Source of the DNA: Selaginella moellendorffii
Lineage: Eukaryota > Plantae > Lycopodiophyta
NCBI RefSeq assembly: GCF_000143415.4
Contig: NW_003314350.1
Span: 558,001-622,000, forward strand
DNA length: 64,000 bases
Direction of reading: 5' to 3'
A model generated the notes under the pieces. That model searched no databases, was not told where the DNA came from, and saw only the letters and a program-made list of their open reading frames with translations. Positions 40,155 to 55,201 of the stretch are shown one piece after another. Made by a program: the position numbers and the translations under genes. Positions within the stretch are counted from its first letter, which is position 1. Each line of letters starts with the position of its first letter.

Positions 40155-41852
40155 ATGGCGATGATGGAGAACAAGGTGAGGGAGGGAGCGATTCGTCTTT
40201 TGCCGGATTCTTAACTTACGAGGTTTTGATCGATCCAGTCGCTGCTGTGGGCGCATCCGGAGAAGAGCGGGCAGCTCCTGAAACGCGGGAGCGATATCAA
40301 GTCTTGGAAGAAGCGGCAATTTGCGCTCAAGGACACATTCTTGTTCTACTTTAAGATTTTGCCTACAGTGGTACGCTACATTTGTCTTATTCTCTGATGG
40401 ATGCAAAGGATTTTTAATTTTTTTTGTAGGAACAATCCGAGCCAACTGGTGTGATTCCTTTGCAAGGATGCAAAGTGGAAGCCATTCCGGCTGGAGTCCA
40501 TGGCATCAAGAAATACTCTTTTATCATCAATCTTCCGGACAAGTATATCTTGACAAAGGCCGTGAAGCGTGCTCTTTATATTCTATCAGCGCACGACGAA
40601 CCGGACAGACAATCTTGGATTGGTACGCTGGATGAAATTTCGTTTCTCTGTTATCTATCTTCTCTTTTCATTCTTTTCTGTGTGATGTCTCTTTGTTTGA
40701 ACAGATGCAATTCGTTGTGCCTCTGTATCCAAGCAGATTATTCGCGCCAAGCTCGAGCACTCGAGGCTTGAGGTAAAATCTCTCGTCAAGCTTAATGAAG
40801 AGGTAGCTCTGAAAGAAACAAAGACTTTGCGTAGGTTCACGACCTGGAACTGCGATGGAAGGTTGCAAGTGCTCTAGATGCCGGCAAGGTACGTTATCAA
40901 ATTCTTACACTAAACAAAACCTTTGCCTCTAAACTTTGTTTTTCTCTTCAGAAAATGCCGTTTGAGCTACAAGAAAGCGTTGTCATGCAAGCTCTGGCGG
41001 ACGAACTTATGGAAGTTTATTACTCGATCGAGCTTTTAAACCAGGCAGGGAAAGCCTTTGCTTTTGCTACTGGCGTTTAATTCCTTGAAATTTCAGAGAC
41101 TAGAGGAAGCCACGGACAGGTACAGAACAGCCTGCGAGCAACTATCTATGCTAGAGCAAGCCAATGCCATGTAAACTTCTCATTCTTTCTTTTCTGTCTT
41201 CTCAGTTTATCTTTCCGGATCAAATGGAGCTACTGAATTGTAGGCACCAGGAAGCTCTTATGCGTGAAGGATCTATGCAAATGATGCATAAGATAAGATC
41301 AGGTATGAGCTCTCAAAGTTTGGTTTTAATTTTTTCTTTGCTCACTCGTTTTGTGTTTCGTGTTTTAGATGAAAGTGAATGCAACGGGATCCTCGAGTAC
41401 TTGGTCGCTGCAAGGATATCATTAAGAACACTTCAAAAGCAGGTAACTCGCGATTTTTATAGAAGCAAAGCTGTGAAAAGTTTTCTACAGGTAGACGCAC
41501 TGTCTGGCCTCAGTGAAGGTGGTGAAGGGGTTCCATCGTATGTGGATATTGAGGGGCTACTAAGACAAACTTTGGCTCGCCTGGGAACTCTAGAGGTATC
41601 AAAAAAGAAGTTTTCAAGGATGATGGTCTCACTGTTTTGGATTTGCAGTACCAAACATGGGGAACTGAGAACTTGCCAGACGAGGAGCAAATTGCGAGCC
41701 TCTATGCTGCGATCGAAGCTTGCCACAAACAAGAGAAGCATCTGGTGAACGAAGCAGCTATATTTCTCGGCTATGCTCCAGCTGATGTGGGAAGTCAAGT
41801 CACTTTACCTCCCCCAGCAGCTGGAGGAGAGAATACATCCGAAGATCATTGA
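40155..41852 (+). CDS. PH-domain protein with a helical C-terminal region
   Basis: PEKSGQLLKRGSDIKSWKKRQFALKDTFLFYFK|..PTGVIPLQGCKV...YSFII...YILSAHDEPDRQSWI|DAIR. Confidence 0.8.
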
Positions 41853-41888
41853 TCTTTCCTACCAAAATTTCCTTTTATTCGGCCTCTG

Positions 41889-44643
41889 CTAGCTTGGACG
41901 ACCATCGCCAGTTTTCAGCACCCAAGTAGCACCTCTCGTGTAGCAAAGTTCCTTCATTATCTGGAGCACAGAGATCAAGTATGGGAAGTTTTGTAAGCTT
42001 TGAGTACCTTTTGGTAAAGTTGATTCGACGGCATTTTACGTAACGCCAGCTTAAACGCTTCCATGATCTCTGATCGTTGCAAGCCAGCGGACTTTTGCTT
42101 CAGTAACGCGATGACCACTTCCCTGCACGAAGACAAGTTAGAAACTACGCACGTAATCTACTTTCAAACGGTACCTAAAAGGGTCTTGAGTGGGATCTCC
42201 GAGCTGAGTTAGGAAGTAAACACCGTTGATGTTCGTCGCAATGGTGTCCACAATTGCTGTTAGTTCGGCCACTGGCGCCGACGCTCCTTTGGCAGCTGCT
42301 ACTGCCGAGGCCTTCTCCTCGACTTTAACGTTGTCTGCTTGAGATTTTGTGATTGCCGATTCACGCAGGCAGTGACAGATGAATTGCAGCCTGTGGAAGT
42401 GAGTTACGAGATTATCAAACGTTAGAAAGACAAGGAAAAAAAAAAGAGAAAGAGAAACTTACGTGCACACATGGTGTTTGAGAAAGATTTGCGTGAGTGC
42501 GTCCGGTAGAGCAGCAAGCGTTTCCGGTGCCATGCTCGACGAAGTTGAGGGCCTCGGTGGAATGCCTGTGCTTGCTGCAAGGCCGCTGCCTGGCTTAGCA
42601 CCCATTGCCTTGCCGGACCCCATTTGTTGGACGGCTAGAGCCCTGTCGCTAATGAGCTTCTCTCCTGCAGTCCAGCGTTGGAGCTGATCTTTGGCGATGG
42701 AGTTATGACGCTTGATAAAAGTCTTGTCTGTGCTTTCGATGAACTCCCAGCCGCCTGTCTTGATGTTTTGCACTGCGAGAGGAACAAGTATCTCCCGCAA
42801 AATCTCCTTAGAGACCCTGAGTTGCTCGAGAGTTTCACGACTGACCACCCGGTTCTTGACAAACTGTAGGAGGATATAGTCTCGAATCGCACACCGACCA
42901 CCTGTGTAGCGCATATTACTCGTTGCCACCCAGCAGCCTTGCACCAGATAAGCTGTTTTCTGGAGAACATCCAGAACTTCCTCCTCCGTGCAACCTGCCG
43001 GAGCCAGCTTCATAAGTCTTTCGAATTGCAGCACATGTACTCGACCCTGATATTTTACCGCATTACAACCTTTAGAAACTCTTCCTTACCTGAGACAAGA
43101 CAGCGTGCAATCTCTTGTCCAGCGGCAAAGTATCCAAATAGCTGCAAAGTGCGTCGGCAGATATTCAGAAGAAATGAAGAAAATAACAAATTCTAACCTT
43201 TTCGAGAGAGGCTCTTTTCCTAGCCCTGGCACGGCTTGTGACGCTGCAGCCGAAGGCGCACGACCAGGGACCAGTTTCTTCATATATTCATTCCTGCCAA
43301 AAGTAAGAACAAGTTCTTTTGCATCTGTTCACGACTAATATCACTTACCGAGACATGTCGAAGCGGATGAGATTGTTTGCGGAGGACTTCATTTTCATTT
43401 TGATTTCCTTGGTTACAGGACTGTCTAACCCATGCGGCTCAAGTGTGATCCACGCCTGCAGAAGGAGCATGTTAGTAGGAAAACTGATTTAGATAGAAAC
43501 AGACCTCGGCCTCCTCAAGTTGTTTCAGATGCGCGTATGACATCAATCTAGATTGCTGCTGACGCTCTGTCTCTTGTTTCTTTATTTCCACCTGCAAGTT
43601 CGTCCCTGTCAGCTACTGAAGTGGAAAAAGCTAAAGAATGGAACATACCTTAAAAGCCACAGGCTCTGGTTTCTTTTCAGTAGCAGCCCCTTCCTCAGCG
43701 TCGGGCATCTCGTCATCACTTTCAACGCGAGTGATATTTTTTTTCTTCTGCTCATCAGCTTCGTTCAGATAACTCAACGACGGACGAAGTTGGACAATCG
43801 CATGCAACGGATTCAAGTGGAGCTGTAGAAAGGAGATGCATGAGAACCAAGGAAAGAAGAGAGATGGCAAATAACCTTGTTCCCTTGCAGAATTCCAATG
43901 GCATAGTTCGTCGAGAGGTTGCCTTGAGTAGAAGTTAACGTCTGCGTGGAGATCATCAGGAACAACCCATCGATCTTAGCGTTTCACCTGTTTAGCGATT
44001 CGGAGATGGTCGTCCGCGGCGTCATCATAGTTGTCTCCAAACCGATCGACTTGGAGATCAACCTCGAGTTTCTGGTGTTGGTGCTTCACGCGAACCTGAT
44101 AGCAAACTAGAACTCAATCCAGGAAGAAACCACCAAAACGTAGCGTAAAGAACAAACCGCTTCGCATCGTTGTTCCAACTCGTAAGGTCTCCAATACGGT
44201 CGAAGAGGATATTGGAGAAGATAGAACTATAGCAAAATCTATAAGACAGAGAGAAAGAGAAATCCATACGCTACCTTGGTGTCTGGATCGGCTGTAGGAG
44301 TAATATGGACCTCGATCTCTCTCACCACTGTATCTCCGTCCTCCACAATATCGGCCACTGATTCCATCGTCACTTCCTCTGGAACACTGCTTCCAGCTCC
44401 ATCCATCCCCTCCCAGACCACAGCTCCATCCTCCATCTTTACCTTGATATCCATTTCGTCGTCATCGAGGATGAAATCCAGAGGCTCCGGCTTGACATCG
44501 ATCTCCATTGTATCCTCGTCCATCACTGGAGGCAGATCCTCGATCTTCACCTGTGGTGGGGGCTGCGCGACGCTGGAAGCATTGGCGCTGGCCTCCGATC
44601 GCCTCCCGCGAGCTGGAACTCGCGGCTTGAATTTGGGCTCCAT
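41889..44643 (-). CDS. RPC5: RNA polymerase III subunit RPC5 (Sin-like)
   Basis: D.VVREIEV, LQYPLRP.WRPY, VKHQHQKLEVDL, NYAIGIL, LHLNPLHAIVQLRPSLSYL, AYLVQGCWV. Confidence 0.92.
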
Positions 44644-44714
44644 TGGCACACAAACTTTAGGGTTCTTAGAGCTAGGTTAGATTTTTGGAGCGATCGAAAT
44701 GTAGCAGCCGAGGT

Positions 44715-47700
44715 ATGGATCGCAGATTCTCGGAGTATACCGGACATGGCGCTGCTGCGAGCGTGTCCAGCAGCGAGCCTTCTTCCACCGCGGTGCCGCT
44801 CCAGTTGTTCGTGCGCCAGGAGATCCCTGGCGCCTCAAATCCGGGGCCCTACATTGCGGATTGCTTGCCGGATTTCGCCGGCTATAGCTGGATTGCGCAT
44901 GGAGCGGGCAGCCAGCTAGTAATATCGATCGTCGCGTCGCCAGACAAGAAGGAGGAGTTTGGGATCGCGCGCTTGTTTCATCAGGCTCTAGAGACGAGGC
45001 TGGTCGAGGTATCGGACGAGGATTCTCTTGTCAGTATCGTCAGCTGGGGGAATTCTCAATCCGGGAGCGTTGGGGCTGCCGCTGGAAAGGCGATCTACAT
45101 CTTTGCTCCCAGATTGCTTGGAAGACCTGAGACACAAAACACTCCAGGTGATCTCTTTTATTTTCTTCCTCGCTTCATGGAACTGGAACTAAAACTCTTT
45201 CTTTGCAGCTCTTCCGCTAGAATGGGAGCCCAGGAGCATGCTCGTCCATGCTTTTCCTGTGACACATTTTTCATGGAGCGGATCTGGCGATGGTATACTT
45301 TCGTCGGCTGGATCAAAGATCTCGATGTGGAAGCAAGACGATGATGGGTCTGGTAACTGGGTTCCCGTTTGGCAATCTTTGGTGGAGTGGCCTCAAGCGC
45401 TTGTAGCTGCGTCGTGGTCGTATAGGGGTCTCGCAGCGTCCGCGGACATGGATAACTTAGCAGGAAAGGATCTTAGAGGAAAGGCTACAGTGTGGTGGTG
45501 GCAAGAAGGCTCAGAGGCACAGCCAGTGGAGCTTTCTCATCCAAGGCAAGTTCTTGCTATACAGTGGAGGCCCGTGTCAAGGCAAAACGGAAAGGTGGTG
45601 GAGGAAAGTGAGCATCACAGGCTGATACTACTTACGTCTTGCCGAGATGGAGTTGTCCGGCTGTGGCTGGAGATTGACAGTGGGAAAGCAAGAGCTGACA
45701 GCGCCATGGTCAAGCCGGCGTTTTTCGTCAGTGCCTTGATCGAAGTGAACACGAGCTTGCAAGCAACACTGGGACTGGACTGCTTTGTGACTTGGGGGTT
45801 GGAAAAATCGCTGGGAAGTAGTTTCGCCACGGGGAATTCGACAGAGGTTGCGGCTTGTGAGTGGATCGTGGGGACGGGGCCTCGTGGAGTCGTTGCACTT
45901 TGGTCTTTGCATTGCCTGGACGATGTGTATCCTCCGCGCTGTCCTCGAGTTTTACTGTGGCAACAAGGGACGTTACGTTTTCTCGACTCGGAACCAGACA
46001 TCGCAGAGAATCCATGTTTTTTCAAGGCAGTGATTCAGAGAGCTCAATCCTCGGTTCCGCCAACTTCGGTGGACTTGTTCGAAGTTTACGATGGAGGTCT
46101 GTTGAGACGCTCTCGGCTTTGGCCCCCGGTCACTTCCATTGGCGGTGGTAGTGGTCTTGGGAGGAGAGCATCCGATACAACGGGGTTGACGAGTAAGATC
46201 AAGATTGGTACGTGGGGACGCTCTCACGAGGATTTCCTCACGTTCGGTCACACCGGGGATAAGATAAATCTTGCTCTACATCCGGCTCGTGCAGCAAGAG
46301 TGGCAGCATCCGTTGACAAAGCAGGAACTCTTCTACTTTGGCAAACTAGCCTTCCTCTCGAACCTTACGTCGAGGCTCCGCATTTGCACGTATCATCCTG
46401 GAGACTCTGTGGCAGATTGTCCATACAGACCGAAAACTTTCTGCCGGCACTCTGCTGGTCTCCGGCTCTACTTTCGGGTGATAAGATGGTGTTAGTGGTG
46501 AGCCATTCCGACAGCATGTCCTGTTATCTCGTAGTAAGGGACAGATCGAAGGAACAACACTGGCTCGCATTAGATCTGCTATACGAGTTGCGGCCTCCAG
46601 TGTCTCAAGAAAAGCTGGTACTGGAAGACGTGTTCGTGATCCAGAACTCTGCACAGAAGGATCAGTCGGTTCTTGTTCTTGTTGCTTGCGGGAACAAGGG
46701 AAACGTGGCGATGTCCTGGACCTTTAACATCATCTTATGCGAAAAAGATGGTGAAGAAGATCAACAAAACTCTCGACAGTCGGGCATTCCTTACAAGGGA
46801 CCACTAGTGGGGGCTGAAGAAGCAATCTACACAACATGCTTCTGGACTGGCTATATGTTTATGGCTCCTGGAGAAAGACTCTTGAGCGCAACCTCCCATT
46901 ATCCGTCACCGTATGATTTCGTTTCGGGCTGTGAAGACGGGTCTTTACGGCTCTGGCGAGTAACTCTGCCGGAAAATCAGCATCTCAACTCCTGGGAGTG
47001 TGTTGGTCGACTGACAACAATTTCTTCTGAAGGGTTCACTTTGCTAGCTGTGGGTAACCATGGCACAAAGCTGGCTTCTTCGACGCAGTCTGATTCAACT
47101 CTGAGAATTTGGGAGATAGTTTGTGGCTCAGGCAGCTACTTGCATTACCTTACAGGAGAGATCGTCCTAGCTCAAAGTCCAGCTGCATTGAGCTGGTTCG
47201 AAGGTGGTGATGGAATTTCAATGCTGGGGGTAGTGATCGCCGGTTTAGTCCAGGTTTACGTTGAAGCCCGTGATGACGCATCCGACTACTCGAGCTGGGT
47301 CTGCCTAGCGTCGATTTCCACTTTGCATTGCGTGGATGGACTTTTTTGGGGGCCACAAGCGTCGCTTGTTGTGACGACTGAAAGCCGGATACAACTTCTA
47401 AGTCAATGGGGGACGGAAAGCGGGTAAGCATTGTCTTTATGCTTTACTTTCAAATCGTTAAATTTTGAATGCTCAGTGGAACTGTGGAGATGTTGTTGAA
47501 GGCAGCTATTACAGCTTCACGACCGCGATCGCTCTGCCATCCGAAGTCGATTTTGAATTTTCTCTTGAACGGTATGCTGCACTGCCTATTCTGTGTTTGT
47601 GAAACTCATAGCTGGCTGTGATAATATGGCTAGGAGAGCAGCACCAAGCAAGTATCTGTCTTCGACGCCTCTTATCCCTTGCGGCTGAAAGGACATGCGA

Positions 47701-50700
47701 CTCTCTTGAGTTCCCGTTCATTTCGATACATGATATTCAAAAGGAGAAGGAGTTGGAACACACCGCGGTAACACAAACAACAGCATGGGTCTTTGGGGAG
47801 TCGATGGAGCACTCAGACAGTCTTCACGATGTAGATGGTCCGTTGAGCGCTTTGGAATTGGAGCAGCTTACCTCGATTGTAGAGCTTTTTAAAAATGGCT
47901 CTCAGCTTCTACCAGTCATCCACTTACTTCAAGAGATTCGTCAGTCAAGTCAGTTTGCATACCTTGATGAACCAGGCCAAAGGTAAGATCTTTTTAATAT
48001 CATGCAATCACTTATAGTGCATTATCCAGGGTTGCTATATCTGTTCTCTACAACAAGCTTCAGAATTTGGAAGTCCTTGTAGATTCTAAAACGATTGCAT
48101 GGGCCCTTCAGTCGGAATGCAAGGATTTACTCGTTGATATGCTCATTCCAGAGAACAGCATGTCATGGTCCGCTTTAAGAGCTCTGGGAGTTGGGCTTTG
48201 GTTTACAGATGTTGGACAGCTTCGTGCACGGGTAACTACTGGTTACTGGTGCATATTATTGTGATTACTGATCTGTGCTATCTCGTTTATGTTATCAGAT
48301 AGAGAAACTGGCAAGGACTCTATTTTTGCAAAGCCGTGATCCTAAGGACTGTGCTCTTTTCTATATTGCATTGGATCGGAAAACGGTACTGTCCGGCTTA
48401 TTTAAAATGAGTCGGGATGAAAGCGACAAACCTTTGGTTCAGTTTTTTTCTAGGGATTTTCAGGTACGTGCTTTGAGTGTATCCAAAAGATTATTTCAAC
48501 CTTTCTTCTTTTCTGGTGTTAGGACGACAAAAACAAATCTGCTGCTCTTAAAAATGCCTACGTCCTGATGGGAAAGCATCGGCATGAACTTGCAGCTACG
48601 TTTTTCTTGTTAGGGGGAGATTTAGAATCTGCATTATCAGTGTGTACCAGAAGCCTTTGTGACCCGCAGCTAGCATTGGTTATATGTCGCCTGAAGGGGA
48701 GTAATGACCAACCAGCAAAAGATCTTATTTCTAAAGAGCTGCTTCCAGACGCAAAAATTTCCGATAAATGGCTTGCGAGCGTATTTCAGGTACTTAACTT
48801 CTATTTAAGTATAAGAATGTGAGAAGACGGTTGTTTCTTTCTGCAGTATTTACTTGGTGAGCGTCTTGAAGCTCTCTGCGAAATAGTCGGAAGTGACAAA
48901 GATCCAGGAAAACTACCTCTTCTCGATCCTGATGTTGGAGACTACTGTCGTGTTGTTCTCTCGAAACCCGGAATGACTTGTTCTTCCATAGCAAACAAGG
49001 CGTGTCGGATATCTGCTCTAGCTTTGAAGAAGCTTGGACTTCCCGTAATATACACTTCCTCGCTGTTTCTGTTCTGATGTTTTATTTTTGCAGTTAAGAG
49101 CTTTAGAGATCCTGCGAAGATCGTCACATGAAACATGCAGTGCTGGTCAAATGGATTGGATTTTTCCCGCTGTGGTAGAAAAGCTTGCTGTACACTTCGT
49201 GGAAGGTCTCGCCTTGCAATACATGATCGATGCTGGGGAGATATGGCGCGACTTCAAGCAAAAGACAGCGGACAATGGCGTTCGGGATCTAGCCATCCTC
49301 AACCGCAAGTTTTCTATCGATCCGGCATCTTTGTCTAACTTGGTAAGCTGTTTCCCATTCTTTTTAGCATGTTTATTATTGTGTTATCTTTACAGCTTGA
49401 GCTCACCGCATGGCATCTTGGGCGTCCATGGTTTGGTTATTGGTTGCTCAACACCGCTACTATATCTACGGATTTGCCATCACCTTTCAGCTCTTCGACT
49501 AATTATAAAGAAACCATTTTGGAGTTCGTGTCTTCGACAGAGATATTTTGTGCGACATTGCTAGCCTTCGGCCCTGCCATCTTTCCATCAAGTATTTCAT
49601 TGGATACATATGGGAACTTTCAACCACTTTTGATGAACGAGGGACATATTGGTCTAGCAACTGACAAGGCCTGGTCCACAACGTTGCCTCAGGTTGAAGA
49701 ATTAAGAAGTTATGCAAGCCAGATCAATCAGTTCGTATCCAGCAGCAGCTCGATACCTGATGAAACGGAGAGACGGCATTTGTTTCTACTCGCCTTTATT
49801 TTTCTGATGGGAGCAGCTTGGCTTAAGAGACAGGCGGAGGTGCTGTTATTTATAATTCAGATGATGCTGGACACCGAGACAACTTCTGGACTCGATCTTA
49901 ACGCCTGCTTTCGTATGGAGCCGTCCAAGACTGCTTTCGACGGGTCTGAAACAAAGTTACTAAGCGACGATGATACATGGCTCTTACTTGGTGTTGCATT
50001 GTGGAGCCGGGTCCTTGCTTTTCTAAAACGGCAGCTTTCGACGGTGGCGACTGAGGTTTCTTATTCTGGCTTTGGCAGAGTTTCTCCTAGACAATCGACT
50101 ATCAAATCCTTCTCGCGACTGTCGTTCGTAAGCGTTGCCGAGCAATCTGCGAAACCTCGCCGACAACCTGGTGCCGAAGCTCTGTTATCGTCCATAGGCT
50201 GCATATTTTCGAAACTAAGAACTCAGTTGGCACTTCGGGTCAGGGACACAGCAAATGGGGCTTCACTTGACTTTTTGTGGAAGGAAGCACTGGATACTGG
50301 AAACTATATCCAGAATTCGTACGTGGAACTTTGGAAGCTTCTATCTGTAAATGAGGAGGTTCGCGCGGCCTTGAAAATGGAAGGTATTGATGGACAACAG
50401 CCGTTGGAGAGCAAGGTTGGCTGGATAGCAGAAACAAGTGATAGAAGTTCGGCTTCAGCTGTTCCTGCTCCAGAAGAAAGTGGCATCCGGTCTCAGCTTA
50501 GTAGGAGGTTTAGTATGAAGGGATTGATCCGGAGCCACTTCAACACTAGATTTCGCAAGGACGACGAAGCTTTGCATTCGCCAGGCGATTCACTGGAGGT
50601 ATATCATTTTCCATTTCGACTTTGAATTCCTAAAGAATCCGTGTGTTTGTCCTTTGCAGGCTATCTCAGTCAACAGTTGCAATCCCGAGCAAGTGGTCGT

Positions 50701-52650
50701 TGCGAGCAGTAGCAAGGTACATTTTCTCATCTCTAGTGTCATTTCGTAGTTTGCATGGAAGCTTGCCGTTTGTGAGCCTACAAACATTGTGCAGGCACAG
50801 TAGGAGCATCCTGTGCTCGACTTTTTTTTCCATTTGGAGCGTGTTGAGATTGCTTGGAATGTCTCTGGGATAATCCCAGTCGTCGAATGTAAGCACTTGA
50901 CTGACCTTGTTTTGTGGCTAGCCTGCACAAGTCTTTCCATACTTTTGATTTGGTACTTTTCTCCAGGGACTTCTTTACCTTGAACTTGATACGTATGGCA
51001 AGTTTTCTGAGTCCAAAGACAACTTGTGGGCAGAAGCTGACTGGCCTCAGGATGGCTGGGCAGGATCAGTGTCAACACCCGTCCCAACTTTTGTCACACC
51101 CGGTGTAGGCTTGGGTAGCAAGAGCGGCTCGGGCATTGGACTAGGTGGTGCAGCAGTCGGAATGGCAGCACTGTCAAAGTCCGTAAAGGAGTCGAGAAAA
51201 GCTGCGGTTGGATTTGGAGTTCCAGGATATGCAGGCATTGCAGCCTGGCATATGGGATGGGAGGAACTAGCAGACTACGATGGACTCGTCGATCCTCCGG
51301 CCACTGTTGAGAACGTGACAACGTCCGCTATAGCTGCACATCCTTTGCGGCCTTTCTTTCTCGTCGGCGCGAGAAACACTCACGTTTACCTCTGGAAGGT
51401 ACGTTTGAATCACGTTTTCTCGTCCCTTGACTCTTATTTTGTTGCTGCACGATATAGTTTGGCGAGTCGTCGGCCACTGCAACTTATGGTGTCTTGCCGG
51501 CTGCAAATGTCCCACCACCTTACGCCCTTGCTTCCGTTTCTTCCGTCCAATTCGATCGTTGTGGTCATCGGTTTGCATCCTCAGCAGTCGATGGCACTGT
51601 GTGTGCGTGGCAGCTCGAAGTTGGAGGCCGAAGTAACGTCTGTCCTACTGAGTCTCAACTGTGCTTTGACCGCCATGCGTGGTACTGTTTTCGCGAGCTA
51701 CAGTTCTATTCGATCTCTCACGGTCGGCCACTGCAGGGACGTCACTTTTGTTGGTGAGAGTGGCGCTATTATTGCAGCGGCCGGTTCTAGCCCCTCGGGA
51801 GAGAACCTGGTCGTCTGGAATACTTTAGCTCCCCCAAGCTCGGCGCGAATGTCGATTTCCTGCCATGAAGGTCTGTCAGCCTGTCCGTCTTCCTTCTTTT
51901 TTACTAGTATCGTACGTGTATATCTCATACTGGAGAAATGTTTTTGTTCTTGTGAAGGTGGTGCCAACTGCCTGGATGTATTGCACGCGGACCTTGGTGG
52001 CTCGCCTCTGATTATAACTGGAGGGAAGAAAGGAGATATCTCCGTTCATGACTTTCGATACATTACAACCGGCAAGGCGAAGCGTCGCAAGAACGGGTAT
52101 CAAAGAACAGGCGACGATGGTCGTTTCGTGTGGCACATACCAAAAGCTCATACAGGTATGTATCTTGATTCGATTCGAGCTGGCCTATTGAATTTTTATT
52201 TCTCGGTTCTTGGACGTAGCGAGTGTAACCAGAGTGCGAGCAGTGCCAGGGACAACACTGTTTTTAACTGGCAGTAAAGACGGAGACGTCAAGCTTTGGG
52301 ATGTGAACAAATGCGAGCTCGTAAAGCACTGGCAGAGAGTCCATGAGAAACGCTTGTTTCTTCAGCACAATACGCCAGGCTTGGGTGCTCTGGTTCAGGT
52401 GAGTGTTCCTCTCTCGTCGGCAAGGAATTGATTAAACCAGGCAGGCCTTCCTTGTTTCTTTTCTCTGCCTTTGTTTTCTTTCCATTTCTTTCGTTTTCTG
52501 CCGCTGCACGTTGATATAATAATGCGTGCACTTGCTTCGTTTCAGGCAGCAGTGATGGATTTGAGGATCTTACCAAATGGATTCATTACATGCGGGAGCG
52601 ACGGGGCTCTTCGGCATTTTCGATTGGAAAGCGAGCATCACTCTGGTTGA
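44715..52650 (+). CDS. DMXL: DmX-like/Rabconnectin-3alpha/Rav1 WD40 protein (V-ATPase assembly, RAVE)
   Basis: ELSHPRQV..IQWRP, LLTSCRDGVVRLW, Rav1_C region (SWSALRALGVGLW, DPKDCALFYIAL, AALKNAYVLMGKHRHELAATFFLL), C-terminal WD40s. Confidence 0.92.
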
Positions 52651-55201
52651 CCCGTGAAAGGTAGTGTTTCCAGTTTTTTGGCTTAAAAGCTTGCTTTCGA
52701 GTAGCTTTCTTCTTTTCTTCTTCGTTTTTTATCGCAGCCCTTTGGTGTTGTGCGCAGATTAGCATAACTTATAAGAACGCAATGCGTGTCAGAGAAATCC
52801 CAAAGATAAAACTGAGGATGAGGTTTTGTCGGGCATCCACCTGACAGGCTGCGGACGTGGGTGCGTCTCCGCGTGCCACGTGTCGTGGTGTCGGGTGGGC
52901 GCTGACTTGCCGGTCAACTTTACCGTCTGGTGTAGGTATGGTTAGTGCTTTCACTCACTATACGAGTATTTCTTTTTTTTACTTATTTATTTTTTTTGTG
53001 TAGGAGATTGGGTCCCCTTGGCTTGAATAAAAGATGTTAGAAAATGGATCTCAGTGCAAAGTGGTATCAGCCTCAATGCCTTTTGTGGATGAGGGGAATC
53101 TTTAAAATATTGGTATGGTCAATGTACGTCGCTTGCTTTTCTAGAACACTAGGAACATTTTTGTGGCAACCAAAAAGAAAGCAAGAGAAACAACAGGGAC
53201 AGAAATAAAATAGCAAGGCCGCTTCTTCGAAACTCCAATACCATAAACCCGAAGTACTTCCAACTAAGATCGTTTCATAAACACCCACATGTTTAAGGAA
53301 TAATTCAAGTCTTTTTGCGTGTTTAGAGAAGAATCCATGTATTTAAAACAAATATTCGAGCATGAGCATGAAGTAAACATGTAGCTGATTGAGATTATAT
53401 ACCCTACGAATGATATGATTTAACAATGCAGGTTTATATGATTTAAATTATATACACATGTTCTTCTCTTGTGGAACGAAGTTGTGAGTGGTGAACAACT
53501 CATCGTGCTTTCTTGCTTGCAGGATATGCCGCGGGTACACTGGAAATCTTTGACGAAACACGGCTTTAAGCAACAGGGGGATATGCCACTCTCTGCACGC
53601 AGACAGACAACACGAAACCAGGCGAGAGGGGGGGTGGTGGATTCGGATTCCATGAAACAAGATATTATGCTCCCCGCGAAAAGACGTCTCGTCTCTTTGG
53701 AGGGAATTCCAGAATTCTCGCTTGAGCTCGCAAAAGCTCGAGGAACAAATCCAAACGTATAAGTGTTACATGCACTATGGAGTTTTCACTTGGAGAGGGG
53801 CTTAGAGCTTTCTTTTCGGTGTTGTCTCGTATAGCAAGCAAGGAATGACTTTGCGTGTCGGCACATTGTGCCCATTTCATATCGAAACATTAATATATCA
53901 CTTGTCAAGCTCAGTAGGACGAAGCCGGCATTCAAGATTTTCAGCGTGAAGTCGTTTTGGCGCTGCCAGTGTCACGGTTTGGGTTGAAAAACTTTGCCGT
54001 GGCTACGATACGGTAGCCGCCTGGTGGTGAAAGTGAGAAAAGAGGAAAAGTACTACAAACAAGGAGCTTGAGGTGGTACTGTGAACATTGAGTTCTAAGT
54101 TTTCTAAAACTCTCACGTACCGTCTCTTTCGTGATCTCGTGCTCTTCTGGATAGACATCTATGTCTTGTTTACAGTTGTTTCGTGATTCTAACTAGCTTG
54201 AAAACCTGCGAGCTTGCAATGTTAAAAGAATGTCAACTTATAGAGCACGGCAAAAGGAAACTTCTACTTCTCTGTAAGGCCTCTGGGATGCCTTGTACAA
54301 GCCGGGGGATGCCAAGTCTATCCAAGAACATCGACAAAAGCAATGTTAGTGAAAGGTTTCTTTGTTTATCCCAAAAATAATCTAAAGCCTTGTAGCTTTT
54401 GCTGTTCTTCTTGTACAACACTTCCATAGATAAGCTCTAGCAAAAAACTAGATCCAAGCCAGCACTAGACGTAGCCTTCATCAACTGGAAGTTACTCGTC
54501 TGCGGGTTAATCCAAATAAAAAACCACACGATTACGACTTGTCTTTAGCCAGAAACGCTTCCACCAAGCCCAGGCTCGAGCAAGGACATGGTGTGGGTTG
54601 AGGAACCATTTGAGGATGATTAGCATGCCATTAAAGAAACTAATAAAATAATGGGCTCAGTGCACTATGAGATCTATCATGTAAATAAGTATGATAGAAA
54701 AGCCAGAGCTCATGGAGGAAAAATTGTTAAAAATTACAGCAGAAACTACAAAGAAATACGTAAGTTAGTCAGCTGTGTATTACAGTAACAATTAGCAGTG
54801 CTGGCTCTCTCCCAGGATTTTTTTAATAGCTAGATTATTTTCCCACACATTGCCTGACACTTATAAGCCACAACAACACTGCCTTAGTTCTCATATTTTC
54901 ATTCAAAGTCTCAATTGAGTTCCAGCACTATATGCTTTGGAGCACACTCACTCACACACGCACACTCTCACACTCATATCACACACACCCAAAGTACAAA
55001 GTTCTTGAGTGGAGTGATTTAAATCCATCCCAGGGAGCTAGGAAGAAATTCTTAACTGGTTTGATGGAGATCATCCATGGACGCTCCTTCACAGCTGCCC
55101 AATTTTGCCCAAGACCAACATTGATTGATCCATTGGAGTGATTCACCCAGAATTTCTTGCTATCTAGAGAAATTTCTCTTGTTTCTTCTTCTCCTCTCTC
55201 T